A stretch of DNA of 63,931 bases, the filler included, from Deltaproteobacteria bacterium (GTDB lineage: Bacteria; CG2-30-53-67), in NCBI GenBank assembly GCA_013151235.1. It is 5 parts of 5 records of this genome, joined end to end, with 100 filler letters (N's around TTAATTAATTAA, not from the genome) between each part and the next. Parts side by side here need not be neighbours in the genome. Positions count along the whole stretch, not along the records: positions 1 to 8,523 come from JAADIO010000017.1; positions 8,624 to 18,325 come from JAADIO010000063.1; 3 more parts are not named here. The stretch is one strand, 5' to 3'. A program made the translations under genes and the position numbers. This document shows positions 1-9,055 of this stretch, one piece after another (the first letter of the stretch is position 1; each line of letters begins with the position of its first letter). The notes under the pieces were generated by a model, which saw only the letters and a program-made list of their open reading frames with translations, was not told the DNA's origin and searched no databases.

Positions 1-530
1 CCGAAGAAGAGGCCCGAAAGAGGGCAATAGAAGAGAAACGGAAGAAAATCGAAGAGGCCCGGCGGGGGAAGGTTCATCCCCCTTACGCGGCCAAGATGTG
101 CGACGCCTGCCATGTCATCCAGAGCCGGGGAGCGATCCCGACGGGTGTCGATTTTGTAACCAAAAAAACAAAGCTCTGCGGCATGTGCCACGACGACAAG
201 TCGCAGGAATCGCTGGCGGAAAGTTACCGGTTTGTCCACGCCCCGGCCCAGTACGGCGCCTGCGTCATGTGCCATAATCCGCATGAATCGCCGAACAAGT
301 TCATGCTACAGACTGCACCGATGGGACGTCTCTGTTTCAGGTGTCACGAGGGCAATCGGATCATGAGGACTCCTGCACATTCCGGCATCGGGAAGGAATC
401 TTGCACGAAATGTCACGATCCGCACGGGAGCAACAGACGTTTCATGCTGAAAGAGACATTGAATCTTCCGAAATCGAAAGACCTTTCGCCGGAAAATGTA
501 AAAAGGGGGAAAGAGAGGAGGCGTGGTTGA
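1..530 (+). CDS. Multiheme c-type cytochrome, doubled-CXXCH type (5'-truncated by the window edge)
   Basis: The frame is open from nt 3 (EEEARKRAIEEKRKKIEEARRGKVHPPYAAKM...). Five CXXCH motifs are visible (CDACH, CGMCH, CVMCH, CFRCH, CTKCH) with the HxP...CxxCHxPH...L spacing of periplasmic doubled-CXXCH cytochromes. Confidence 0.9.
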   Translation, partial: EEEARKRAIEEKRKKIEEARRGKVHPPYAAKMCDACHVIQSRGAIPTGVDFVTKKTKLCGMCHDDKSQESLAESYRFVHAPAQYGACVMCHNPHESPNKFMLQTAPMGRLCFRCHEGNRIMRTPAHSGIGKESCTKCHDPHGSNRRFMLKETLNLPKSKDLSPENVKRGKERRRG

Positions 531-2599
531 TTTCCCCGCATGATACCGGTAGAAGAAGACCTGCCGGACTGCTTTTCTTCCTGGCGCTTCTCCTCTCTCT
601 TCTCCTGGCCCCGCCGGGAGGTGGATCTTCGGCCTTTGCATACAGGGTTCCGATCCGCCTTTTCCGGATCACGGGGATGGGCGGTTCACTCGGATTCAGT
701 ACCGGCCTTTCCAACAGTGACCAGGAAAACAAACATACCGGAACGCCCGCTCAATCCACAAACCGCTCTTATTCCGAACATGTCAGCTTGGGATTTTCCG
801 GGTATGTTTATCATCCTTATCTGCTCACTTTCCGCGGGCATACATCCCTGGGCCTGCAGCGAAGCATCAGCAACAGCGGCAGCAATCGGGAGCGAACATT
901 GCGCCACAAAAACCTGCTCTACGACCTTTACATAAAGATACTGAAGCGCAAGTCCCTGAACCTCGCACTCAATTTTAACCGGGACCGAACAATCAACTGG
1001 GGAACCTTCTCGGAAGACCGGATACAAACCAGCACCCTCGAGGAGGCGATACTCTCGTACAAAAACGACGTCTTCCCGTGTACGGTCCGGGCCCGCAAGA
1101 ACAGCAGACGGCAGGAAGCCGATACCACCTATACGGATACATCCCATTCTATATCCGCAACCGGTACCTACAGCAACGATCGTATCGGCACCGCCGATAT
1201 CAGCTATTCGTCAGGACATGCGATGACGGAGAATACGGATATCGATACCCGGGACCATACCTTCTCTTTGCACCATTTTCTCTCCTTCGGCAGGGGAGGG
1301 ACCCGTCTGAGGGATACTTTCATGATGATGGACCGGCGAGGAACAACAAACACCCGTAAGCAGATCCTTTTCTCGACGGGGGTCTCCACACGGCTGTCCA
1401 GCTCTCTCCGGTCCGGCATGGGCTACTCCTTTCACCGGTCAACGCAGATGTCGGATCTGCCCGGGTCGGGAAAATCCCGCTCCACCTCACAGTCCGGTTC
1501 GTGGTCGCTGGGTCATCAACTTTATCGAAGTCTCAGCACCTCCCTCAGTATAAGCGGGAGCAAGTCACGTTACGAAACCGGAAGTTTTTATCAAACAAAA
1601 GAACGGGCGCGTTGGCGCTACAACAAGAAAATCCCGGCCGGGAATTTCCATCTCAGTTATGGTCTGAGTTTCCGGCAACACAGGGAGGACATGGAGGCGG
1701 GCACAAACCGGGTGAACGACGAAAAACACAAATTCGGAGAAAACCCGACGGAACCCGACGTCATCGAACTCCGGTACGATTTCGCCAATACGAAGACCAT
1801 TGAGATTTTCGACGCATCCGGCTTATTCCCGGCCGAAGACAGGGACGGCAACATCATGGCCGAAGGGGTCCACTACGAGGTGCATCAAGATGCAAACGGG
1901 GTGACAAGACTCCAACTCCTTCCTCCATACAACGATCCGGCAAGCCCTGAGAGCCTGATCGGCTATCAGACCCTTACGCTGATATACGAATACCAGGTTC
2001 TCTCCTCTCTCGACTACAATTCATTCGGCCAGGGATACGGCATCGGTTTCAGCCTATGGCAACATCTCGCCTTCGGGTATGGCGCATCGGTCGGTAAGCA
2101 CAAAAAGATACATGGGGTCGATACGGGGAACCGGATCGACTCGACAAGAAGCAAACAATACCGTATCTCGCTGCACTACCCGCATTCCGATACCAGGGCG
2201 GTGCGAAAAGAGTTCCGCTCCAAAAGGGCTCCCCGTGAATCAGAAGGCATTACAGAAAGCATACACTACCGGCTCCCCTACCATATCACCTGGAACATGC
2301 ACGCCGCCTACTCCCGTACGAAGTCCTTCTCGCGGGAGAGCACCAGCTACAGTCGGAGCATCGGAACGGGGATTTCCACTCTGCTGCCATACCGCATTTC
2401 CTGGGGGTTATCGGGGAACTACAGCAATCGAAGTTCAACGAATGATCAGTCGATTTCCTTCAATATCTCCTCACATCTTTCCTGGAGTTACCGCCGGTTC
2501 AACATCCAGCTTAACTATGACCTTTTCCACAGCCGGTACGAGTTCACGGGCACCAGGGAAAAACGTCGTCTTTATCTCAGTGCAACACGCGATTTCTGA
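527..2599 (+). CDS. Large outer-membrane beta-barrel protein (porin/secretion-channel-like partner of the cytochromes)
   Basis: Probable TTG start at 527 overlapping the upstream TGA (TTGA) after AGGAGG. Signal peptide (RRRPAGLLFFLALLLSLLL...AFA), Ser/Thr/Gly/Tyr-rich alternating strands, and a C-terminal LYLSATRDF with terminal Phe (BAM-type signal). The ORF-track start at 341 overlaps the cytochrome gene and is unlikely. Confidence 0.8.
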   Translation: MISPHDTGRRRPAGLLFFLALLLSLLLAPPGGGSSAFAYRVPIRLFRITGMGGSLGFSTGLSNSDQENKHTGTPAQSTNRSYSEHVSLGFSGYVYHPYLLTFRGHTSLGLQRSISNSGSNRERTLRHKNLLYDLYIKILKRKSLNLALNFNRDRTINWGTFSEDRIQTSTLEEAILSYKNDVFPCTVRARKNSRRQEADTTYTDTSHSISATGTYSNDRIGTADISYSSGHAMTENTDIDTRDHTFSLHHFLSFGRGGTRLRDTFMMMDRRGTTNTRKQILFSTGVSTRLSSSLRSGMGYSFHRSTQMSDLPGSGKSRSTSQSGSWSLGHQLYRSLSTSLSISGSKSRYETGSFYQTKERARWRYNKKIPAGNFHLSYGLSFRQHREDMEAGTNRVNDEKHKFGENPTEPDVIELRYDFANTKTIEIFDASGLFPAEDRDGNIMAEGVHYEVHQDANGVTRLQLLPPYNDPASPESLIGYQTLTLIYEYQVLSSLDYNSFGQGYGIGFSLWQHLAFGYGASVGKHKKIHGVDTGNRIDSTRSKQYRISLHYPHSDTRAVRKEFRSKRAPRESEGITESIHYRLPYHITWNMHAAYSRTKSFSRESTSYSRSIGTGISTLLPYRISWGLSGNYSNRSSTNDQSISFNISSHLSWSYRRFNIQLNYDLFHSRYEFTGTREKRRLYLSATRDF

Positions 2600-2625
2600 C
2601 CCGCCGCCGAAGGAAGGAGCTGTCT

Positions 2626-3714
2626 ATGGATCCTCGCCATATGCTGAAAAAGAACCGGGCCCTGCCAATCCTGTGGGGACTCCTTTTGCCGGTCCTCCTG
2701 TCCTCATTTTCCTGTATTCTTCACAGGGGAGACGCCCCCCCCGCGGAAAAGGCAACCGTCGAGGCACGGGAACGGGTCTGGCCCTGCCCTCCGGCCCCCG
2801 CCCGGATCCGTTATTTGCACTCCATTTCGTTTCCCAATGACCTGCGAAGCAGTCACACCCTGTGGAACCGGATGCTCGCCCTCCTCGCTGGGAAAAATAC
2901 CGTCCGGATGATCCGGCCCTACGGACTCGACATCGACACCGAAGGAAACATGCTCATCACCGACCCGGGCGCACACAGGGTCTATCTTTATGGTACGTCG
3001 GACGGTTCATGCCTCATCTTCCCGAAGACCGGGAAGAAGAGGGTACTCATCACACCCATGGATGCCGCCTTCGACGGCGGAGGAGAGATACTGGTCTCCG
3101 ATTCGGCAGCGGGAGCGGTCTACCGTTTCGACCGTAAAGGACATCTGAAGGAAACGATCGGGACATTCAAACGCCCCACCGGGCTGGATGTAAACCATGA
3201 ATCAAAGCGGCTCTATGTCGTCGACACCCTGGCCCACAGGATCCGGGTCTACGGCCTGAACGGGAAACACCTTTTCGATTTCGGCAAACGGGGTTCCGCC
3301 CATGGCGCATTCAACTACCCGACCCATATCGCCCTCGACAGCGCGGGCCGGGTTTATGTGACCGACGCCATGAACTTCCGGATCCAGGCCTTCACCCCGG
3401 ACGGAAAGTTCCTCTATGCCATCGGCAATAACGGGGACGGTCCCGGCGCTCTTTCCAAACCGAAAGGGGTCGGCCTGGACAGTGACGGGAATCTCTATGT
3501 GGCCGACGCCATCTTCAACAACGTGCAGATCCTGAACCGGAAAGGGGAGCCGCTCCTCTACTTCGGGAAGTATGGGACAAAACCGGGGGAGTTCTCCATG
3601 CCGGCGGATCTTGTGATCGATTCAAAGGACCGGATCTACGTAGCCGATTCCTACAACCGGAGGATCCAGGTATTTCAGTATATCAAGGCGTCGGGAAGAA
3701 GGGTTCTCCCCTGA
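2626..3714 (+). CDS. NHL-repeat six-bladed beta-propeller lipoprotein
   Basis: Repeated P-x-[GDH]-[LIV]-x-[LIV]-D-x2-G-x-[LIV]YV[AT]D-x2-N-x-RIQ motifs (e.g. FNYPTHIALDSAGRVYVTDAMNFRIQ, FSMPADLVIDSKDRIYVADSYNRRIQ). A hydrophobic N-terminus ends in SFSC (lipobox-like). AAGGAG RBS. Confidence 0.9.
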   Translation: MDPRHMLKKNRALPILWGLLLPVLLSSFSCILHRGDAPPAEKATVEARERVWPCPPAPARIRYLHSISFPNDLRSSHTLWNRMLALLAGKNTVRMIRPYGLDIDTEGNMLITDPGAHRVYLYGTSDGSCLIFPKTGKKRVLITPMDAAFDGGGEILVSDSAAGAVYRFDRKGHLKETIGTFKRPTGLDVNHESKRLYVVDTLAHRIRVYGLNGKHLFDFGKRGSAHGAFNYPTHIALDSAGRVYVTDAMNFRIQAFTPDGKFLYAIGNNGDGPGALSKPKGVGLDSDGNLYVADAIFNNVQILNRKGEPLLYFGKYGTKPGEFSMPADLVIDSKDRIYVADSYNRRIQVFQYIKASGRRVLP

Positions 3715-3740
3715 CCGGCCGACAGATGGAGGAACTGACA

Positions 3741-5486
3741 ATGAAAACGAAACGAGTATTCCGGACCTTTCGGCAGAAAGTGTTGATTGCACTCTCTCTT
3801 CCTCTTCTGGCACTCTCTCTCACCCCTCCTGCCTTTGCAAACCTGATCCAGGATACAAAACACAATCTTTCCGCGCAGGGTCCCGGCACAATCAAGGCAA
3901 CCTCGGGAAAACGGCTCTGCGTCTTCTGCCATACGCCGCATCATGCTACGGGTCCGCTCCTTTGGAACCGTGACGATCCCACATCGACCTATATCCCTTA
4001 CCAGAGCAGCACGGCGCCGGTTCTTCCCGGTCAGCCGACGGGGGGATCGAGGCTCTGTCTCTCCTGCCACGACGGCACGATTGCGATCGGCGCCGTGGCG
4101 AGCAGTCCGACGGAGATCGAAATGACGCAACGCTTTTTGGACAGTGGCTCCTCGGCCCTCGGAACGGACCTGTCCGACGATCATCCGATCTCGTTTGTCT
4201 ACGACAGTACAATCAACACCTCAAACCCGGAGTACAAGGACCCGGGGCTTCTTATCGACCAGGTCCAGCTCGACCGCAACGGGGAGATGCAGTGCACATC
4301 CTGCCACGACCCGCACGACAATGAGTTCGGCAAATTCCTCGTGGAAGACAATACCGGCTCCGCCATCTGCACGGAATGTCATCAACCGACAGGATGGACC
4401 GCCACCCCTCACGACCTCTCCACCGCAGGCTGGAACGGCAACGGCGCCGACCCCTGGCCCCATACCACCTATACTACCGTTGAAGATAACGGCTGCGAGA
4501 ACTGCCATCGGCCACACACGGCCGGCAGACATGAGCGCATTCTGAATTTTTCAGCGGAGGAAGAAAACTGTCTGCGGTGTCATGACGGCAATGTTGCATC
4601 AACGGACGTCCAGTCCGAGCTTTCAAAGCTCTCCAGTCACCCCGTTGCAAATACGCTCGGAGTCCATGACCCTCTGGAAAATCCGGCAACGATGAACCGG
4701 CATGTAGAATGCGTTGACTGTCACAATCCGCACCAGGCAAACGGTCAGACCGCCACGGCGCCGAATGTCTCCGGGGCGCTGCAGGGAGTAACGGGCGTCA
4801 ACATTTCCGGCCTCAAAGTAACGCCCGCATCTTACCAATACGAGATTTGTTTCAAATGCCACGGCGATACCGATCCGGGCCCGCCTCCGGTAACCCGGCA
4901 GATCCAGGAAGTCAACAAGCGGCTCCAGTTTGACCTCACCAGTCCCTCCTACCACCCAGTGGAGGGTGCCGGGGTCAATACAAATGTCCCAACCCTGATC
5001 GCTCCCTACACCCCGACCACAATAATTTACTGTACGGACTGTCACAACAATGACAGCGGTCCCGGCGGCGGCGGGAACGGCCCGGCCGGGCCGCACGGTT
5101 CACAGTGGCCTTATCTGCTTGAGCGGGAATACGACTTGGCGGACAACACCCTGGAGACACCGAGCACCTATGCCCTATGCTACAAATGTCACAATCGAAC
5201 CCTCCTCCTGCAGACGCCGAGCCCGGACGGTTTTCCGCACGACACCCATGTGCTTCCGGGGACCAACAATAACGGCAACGCCCCCTGTTCAATCTGCCAC
5301 GATCCCCATGGGATCAGTAATTCTCTCGGGAACGGCACGAACAACGCCCACCTGATTAATTTCGACACCACGATCGTAACTCCGGACCCAGGGTCCGGCA
5401 AACTTGAATACGATTCATTGGGGACTTTCCACGTGGAGTGTTACCTCTCCTGCCATAATTATGACCACAGTCCCTCATCCTACTAA
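3741..5486 (+). CDS. Exported 12-heme c-type cytochrome with an OmcE-like N-terminal tetraheme module
   Basis: 11 CXXCH motifs plus a C-terminal CX3CH (CYLSCH). Sec signal ending AFA. The mature N-terminus follows TKHNLS...CVFCHTPH...LWNR...CLSCHDG...LGTDLSDDHPISF...CTSCHDPHDN...FL...GSAICTECH, the motif order I recall for Geobacter OmcE. GGAGG precedes ATG 3741 (alternative start 3726). Confidence 0.88.
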   Translation: MKTKRVFRTFRQKVLIALSLPLLALSLTPPAFANLIQDTKHNLSAQGPGTIKATSGKRLCVFCHTPHHATGPLLWNRDDPTSTYIPYQSSTAPVLPGQPTGGSRLCLSCHDGTIAIGAVASSPTEIEMTQRFLDSGSSALGTDLSDDHPISFVYDSTINTSNPEYKDPGLLIDQVQLDRNGEMQCTSCHDPHDNEFGKFLVEDNTGSAICTECHQPTGWTATPHDLSTAGWNGNGADPWPHTTYTTVEDNGCENCHRPHTAGRHERILNFSAEEENCLRCHDGNVASTDVQSELSKLSSHPVANTLGVHDPLENPATMNRHVECVDCHNPHQANGQTATAPNVSGALQGVTGVNISGLKVTPASYQYEICFKCHGDTDPGPPPVTRQIQEVNKRLQFDLTSPSYHPVEGAGVNTNVPTLIAPYTPTTIIYCTDCHNNDSGPGGGGNGPAGPHGSQWPYLLEREYDLADNTLETPSTYALCYKCHNRTLLLQTPSPDGFPHDTHVLPGTNNNGNAPCSICHDPHGISNSLGNGTNNAHLINFDTTIVTPDPGSGKLEYDSLGTFHVECYLSCHNYDHSPSSY

Positions 5487-5504
5487 TTGCAAAGGAGTCC
5501 TCTT

Positions 5505-6521
5505 ATGCGCCGTAAAAGAATTATTTCACTTTTAATCCTGCTTTTGATTCCGGTCAGCCTCTTCGCCGCGGAGAACGACCCGGTGGTGGCGCAGGTCAAC
5601 GGAACCCCGATCGCACAGTCGAAGCTCTACGGGGCGTACCAGCGTCTGATTCCCCTCAATATGTTCCACAGGAAGGTCACGTCGGAAGTCAAGAATCGGC
5701 TTCTGCGAAAGGCCCTGCACGAATTGATCGACAAGGAACTCAAACTCCAGGAAGCTCAACGCTTGGGAATCTCCCTGCCGGAAGAAGATCTTGAGACGGC
5801 TGTAAAGGAGCTGATTGCACGTTATCCGAGCCGAGAGGCCTACAGGGCGCGGCTTATGAAGCTGAAGGTGTCAGAAAAAGAGGTCCGGGAGGCCCTCAAG
5901 AGGAGAAAACTTACAGAAAAGGTTTATAAACACGAAGTAACAGACCAGATCCGGGTGGACGAGGCCACAGCCAGGAAATTCTACGACGAGAACAAAAAAC
6001 AGTTTATCCAGCCGGAACAGTTACATCTCCGGAAAATCATCATCAAGGTCCCGGCCCTGTCGACTCCGGAGGTCGTCAAACAACTCAAAGAGAAAGCGAC
6101 AAGGGTCATGAAGGAGATTCGGCAAGGACTTCCTTTCGAGGAGGCTGCAAGGAAATATTCGGATGCAAACAACAAGAATCGTGGTGGCGACATGGGGTTC
6201 ATCCATAAAGGACGGTTCGACCCCAAGATCGAAAAAGAGGTACTTGCCGGAAAACCCGGGCAACTCTTCGGACCGTACAAGCTCTTCGAGGGGTATACCA
6301 TTCTGAAATTGGAAGAGGTGAAACCGGAGCGGCTGGTCCCCTTCGAGGAGATCAAGGATAAGCTGGTTGAAGATCTGATCCGCCGGAAAACGAACGAACG
6401 GAGTGAAGCCTGGATGAAACAGCTCCGCAAAAAGGCCAAAATCAAGATCCTCGACTCCCGACTGATGGAGGAAAAACCAGGGAAAGAGGCCGCCAAGGAC
6501 GCAAAGGGAAACCTCGAATAG
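5505..6521 (+). CDS. SurA/PpiC-type peptidyl-prolyl isomerase chaperone (exported)
   Basis: Signal peptide, SurA-like N-domain (PVVAQVNGTPI...LIDKELKLQEAQRLGI) and parvulin motif FEEAARKYSD...RGGDMGFI. AAAGGAG precedes ATG 5505. Confidence 0.9.
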   Translation: MRRKRIISLLILLLIPVSLFAAENDPVVAQVNGTPIAQSKLYGAYQRLIPLNMFHRKVTSEVKNRLLRKALHELIDKELKLQEAQRLGISLPEEDLETAVKELIARYPSREAYRARLMKLKVSEKEVREALKRRKLTEKVYKHEVTDQIRVDEATARKFYDENKKQFIQPEQLHLRKIIIKVPALSTPEVVKQLKEKATRVMKEIRQGLPFEEAARKYSDANNKNRGGDMGFIHKGRFDPKIEKEVLAGKPGQLFGPYKLFEGYTILKLEEVKPERLVPFEEIKDKLVEDLIRRKTNERSEAWMKQLRKKAKIKILDSRLMEEKPGKEAAKDAKGNLE

Positions 6522-6704
6522 GTTTTGATCTTAGCCGGGATGGGAATTGGCAGTTGCAGTCCTTGGCGTCCTTTGCGTACTGGGTGAGAGAAAAGGCCTT
6601 ACAACCCAAGGCGCCTCTCGCAGAGGCCGCCAAGGAAGGCTGGAACAGGTCTTGGTTAAAATATATATGGATCTTCTTTGCGCCCTTTGCGTGCTTTGCG
6701 AGAG
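6487..6704. repeat. Cluster of 9-bp-period palindromic repeat arms (CGCCAAG/CGCAAAG family)
   Basis: gccgccaaggacgcaaag (inside the PpiC 3' end) pairs with ccttggcgtcctttgcgtactgggtgagag (6561-6590). ctctcgcagaggccgccaag pairs with ctttgcgccctttgcgtgctttgcgagaga (6675-6704). The same motif recurs at 16685, 17211 and 22034. Confidence 0.75.
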
Positions 6705-6717
6705 AAAAAGAGTTTGA

Positions 6718-8325
6718 ATGAAAACCTCCCGATTGCAAATCCTCCTGCTCCTCCTGCTCCTTACTGGAATCGCCCTCATCCGTTACCATCTGGCCGGTCT
6801 ACCTCTGGAACGGGACGAGGGAGAGTACGCCTACATGGGGCAGTTGATCCTCGAGGGAATCCCTCCATACAGCCTGGTCTATAACATGAAGTTCCCCGGC
6901 ATCTACGTTATTTATGCCGGGATTATGGCTCTCTTCGGTCAAACGCCCTTCGGAATTCATATAGGGCTCCTTCTTTTCAATGCGGCGACCCTCTTTCTTC
7001 TCTATCTCCTCGCCCGAAAGCTTCTCTCTCCCTGGGCGGGTCTTGCCACAGCAGCGGCCTTCGCCGTCCTCTCCCTCAGTCCATCAGTCCAGGGGATGGT
7101 AAGTCATGCGGAACAGTTTGTCCTCCTGCCCACCACAGGGGGAATAATCCTCCTGCTTGCCGGGTTGGAACAGCAACGATCCCGCCGGCTCCTCTTTCTC
7201 TCCGGCCTTTGCCTCGGGATCGCCCTCATGATCATACAGCTCGCTGTCCCGCTGCTCCTCTTCGGCGGGGTCTGGATCTTTCTGGATGATCTTTTCCGGG
7301 GACAGGCACGGATCAGGGAAACAACTCCGAAGCTTCTTCTCTTCGGCGCCGGGGCCGTGATCCCTTACGGGATTACCTGCCTGATCTTCTACCGCCTCGG
7401 CCTTTTCGACGCATTCTGGTTCTGGACGATAACCTATGCGCGGACATACGTGGGACAGGTGCCGTTGGACGCTGCATGGCATCTCTTCCGGGGCAGGGCC
7501 GTCTCGATCCTTCATGCTTCGACCGGAATCTGGCTGCTGGCCGCCCTCGGTCTGATCGTCCTCTTCAGGAAAAAAAACAGGTCTCGTGCTCCCTTCGCCG
7601 TCACCTTCCTCCTCTTCTCATTTTTCGCCATCTGTCCGGGCCTCTACTTCCGGCCCCACTACTTCGTCCTGATGATCCCCGCAGTTGCCCTCTGTGCAGG
7701 ATCCGGAGCGGAAGAACTCGGGCGGTTCATTGAACGAATCGGAGGAAACGGGATACTTGCAGGGACTCTGGCCGGGGTCGTCGTTGCAGGCGCATGCATC
7801 TCCCCCTTCGTGCGGCAACGTGATCTCTATTTCCGGATGACCCCGACGGAAGTTTCCCGCGCAGTCTATTCATTGAATCCCTTCCCTGAATCGGTTGAGA
7901 TCGCCCGTTATATACGGGAACACTCCTCTCCGGACGACCAGATTGCCGTCCTGGGATCGGAACCGCAAATCTGTTTCTACAGTCACCGGCATTCCGCTAC
8001 AGGGCATATATACATGTACCCGCTCATGGAAAACCAGCCTTTTGCCGACAGAATGCAGCAGGATACGATCCGGGAAATCATGAAGGCCAAGCCACGTTTT
8101 CTGGTCTATGTGGCCATTCCCGCGTCGTGGCTCATACGTCCGAAATCCTCCCGACGGATCTTCCGCTGGTTCCATAATTACAGTGACCGCTATTACCATG
8201 TGGACGGTTTGGTTGAACTCTTTCCCGGCCGGCCGAGTATCTATCTCTGGGGGACGGCGGCTTCGACGGTACGACCGGCTTCCCGACTCTGGATCTACCT
8301 GCTGGAACGAAACGGGACAAGTTGA
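6718..8325 (+). CDS. GT-C fold membrane glycosyltransferase (GT39/PMT_2, ArnT-like)
   Basis: ERDEGEYAY acidic motif after the first TM helix, then KFPGIY, many TM segments, and FRPHYFVLMIP. Confidence 0.85.
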   Translation: MKTSRLQILLLLLLLTGIALIRYHLAGLPLERDEGEYAYMGQLILEGIPPYSLVYNMKFPGIYVIYAGIMALFGQTPFGIHIGLLLFNAATLFLLYLLARKLLSPWAGLATAAAFAVLSLSPSVQGMVSHAEQFVLLPTTGGIILLLAGLEQQRSRRLLFLSGLCLGIALMIIQLAVPLLLFGGVWIFLDDLFRGQARIRETTPKLLLFGAGAVIPYGITCLIFYRLGLFDAFWFWTITYARTYVGQVPLDAAWHLFRGRAVSILHASTGIWLLAALGLIVLFRKKNRSRAPFAVTFLLFSFFAICPGLYFRPHYFVLMIPAVALCAGSGAEELGRFIERIGGNGILAGTLAGVVVAGACISPFVRQRDLYFRMTPTEVSRAVYSLNPFPESVEIARYIREHSSPDDQIAVLGSEPQICFYSHRHSATGHIYMYPLMENQPFADRMQQDTIREIMKAKPRFLVYVAIPASWLIRPKSSRRIFRWFHNYSDRYYHVDGLVELFPGRPSIYLWGTAASTVRPASRLWIYLLERNGTS

Positions 8326-8523
8326 TGGCCTGGACACCGAAGGGTAAAATCCTCTTCTGGACAGCCATGCTGCTCCTGTCTGTCATCGTCACTTTTCACG
8401 GTCTGCTCCATTGCGGTTTCATCACGTTCGACGATCCGGATTACGTGACGAAGAACCCGATGGTGCAGCAGGGACTGACGTGGGCCGGAGTTCAATGGGC
8501 ATTCACAACAGGAACGGCCGCAA
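8325..8523 (+). CDS. TMTC/DUF1736-like GT-C glycosyltransferase, N-terminus (truncated by contig end)
   Basis: One TM helix followed by GFITFDDPDYVTKNPMV...WAFT, the DD motif typical of TMTC-like (usually TPR-containing) proteins. The ATG overlaps the upstream stop (TGATG). Confidence 0.75.
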
Positions 8524-8623
8524 NNNNNNNNNNNNNNNNNNNNNNNNNNNNNNNNNNNNNNNNNNNNTTAATTAATTAANNNNNNNNNNNNNNNNNNNNN
8601 NNNNNNNNNNNNNNNNNNNNNNN
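8524..8623. other. Artificial contig spacer
   Basis: N44-TTAATTAATTAA-N44 (stops in all six frames); identical at all four junctions. Confidence 0.99.
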
Positions 8624-9055
8624 TTTATGTATGTATCCTACCCAAGGCCGTCTTGTTTGAACAGGCGCATGTCGATACAACACCCGGGGGTATTTGTGAG
8701 GAAATCCGTATATGAGACACATGGGTTATTCCGTACCGATTTCAAATACGCGATGGATTATGAACTGTTACTGAGATTTTTTTTGGGCAACGTGGAATTC
8801 CGATCGTTGTCCAAACAATTAGCGAATATGCGGTTGGACGGGAAATCGGATCAAGGATGGACCAATGCATACAAAGAAGTGTTCAAAGCGAAGAAAGTAA
8901 ACGGCAGAGCTGAGGTGTTAAGTGCTCTTGAATATGTTTATGCATTCATGGACAGGGGAGTAAATATAGCGTTGGACACCTTAGGTTTGCAGAAGGCCAT
9001 CCCGCGCTTGAAATTCAAATTACGGTCTTGGATAAACCATGGGAAACTCCGGTGA
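8624..9055 (+). CDS. Family 2 glycosyltransferase, C-terminal part (5'-truncated)
   Basis: HPGVFVRKSVYETHGLFRTDFKYAMDYELLLRF...MRLDGKS, the WcaE/WfgS-like GT2 C-terminal pattern. Confidence 0.85.
   Translation, partial: FMYVSYPRPSCLNRRMSIQHPGVFVRKSVYETHGLFRTDFKYAMDYELLLRFFLGNVEFRSLSKQLANMRLDGKSDQGWTNAYKEVFKAKKVNGRAEVLSALEYVYAFMDRGVNIALDTLGLQKAIPRLKFKLRSWINHGKLR

Noticed and set aside
341-526. N-terminal extension of the barrel ORF in the ORF track
   Set aside because: It overlaps the cytochrome gene and precedes the signal peptide; a TTG start with AGGAGG at 527 fits better.
8524-8623. TTAATTAATTAA palindrome in N-runs, repeated four times; ORFs ending in ...XXXLIN
   Set aside because: Artificial contig spacer. 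ORF ends and gene neighbourhoods across it are not biological.
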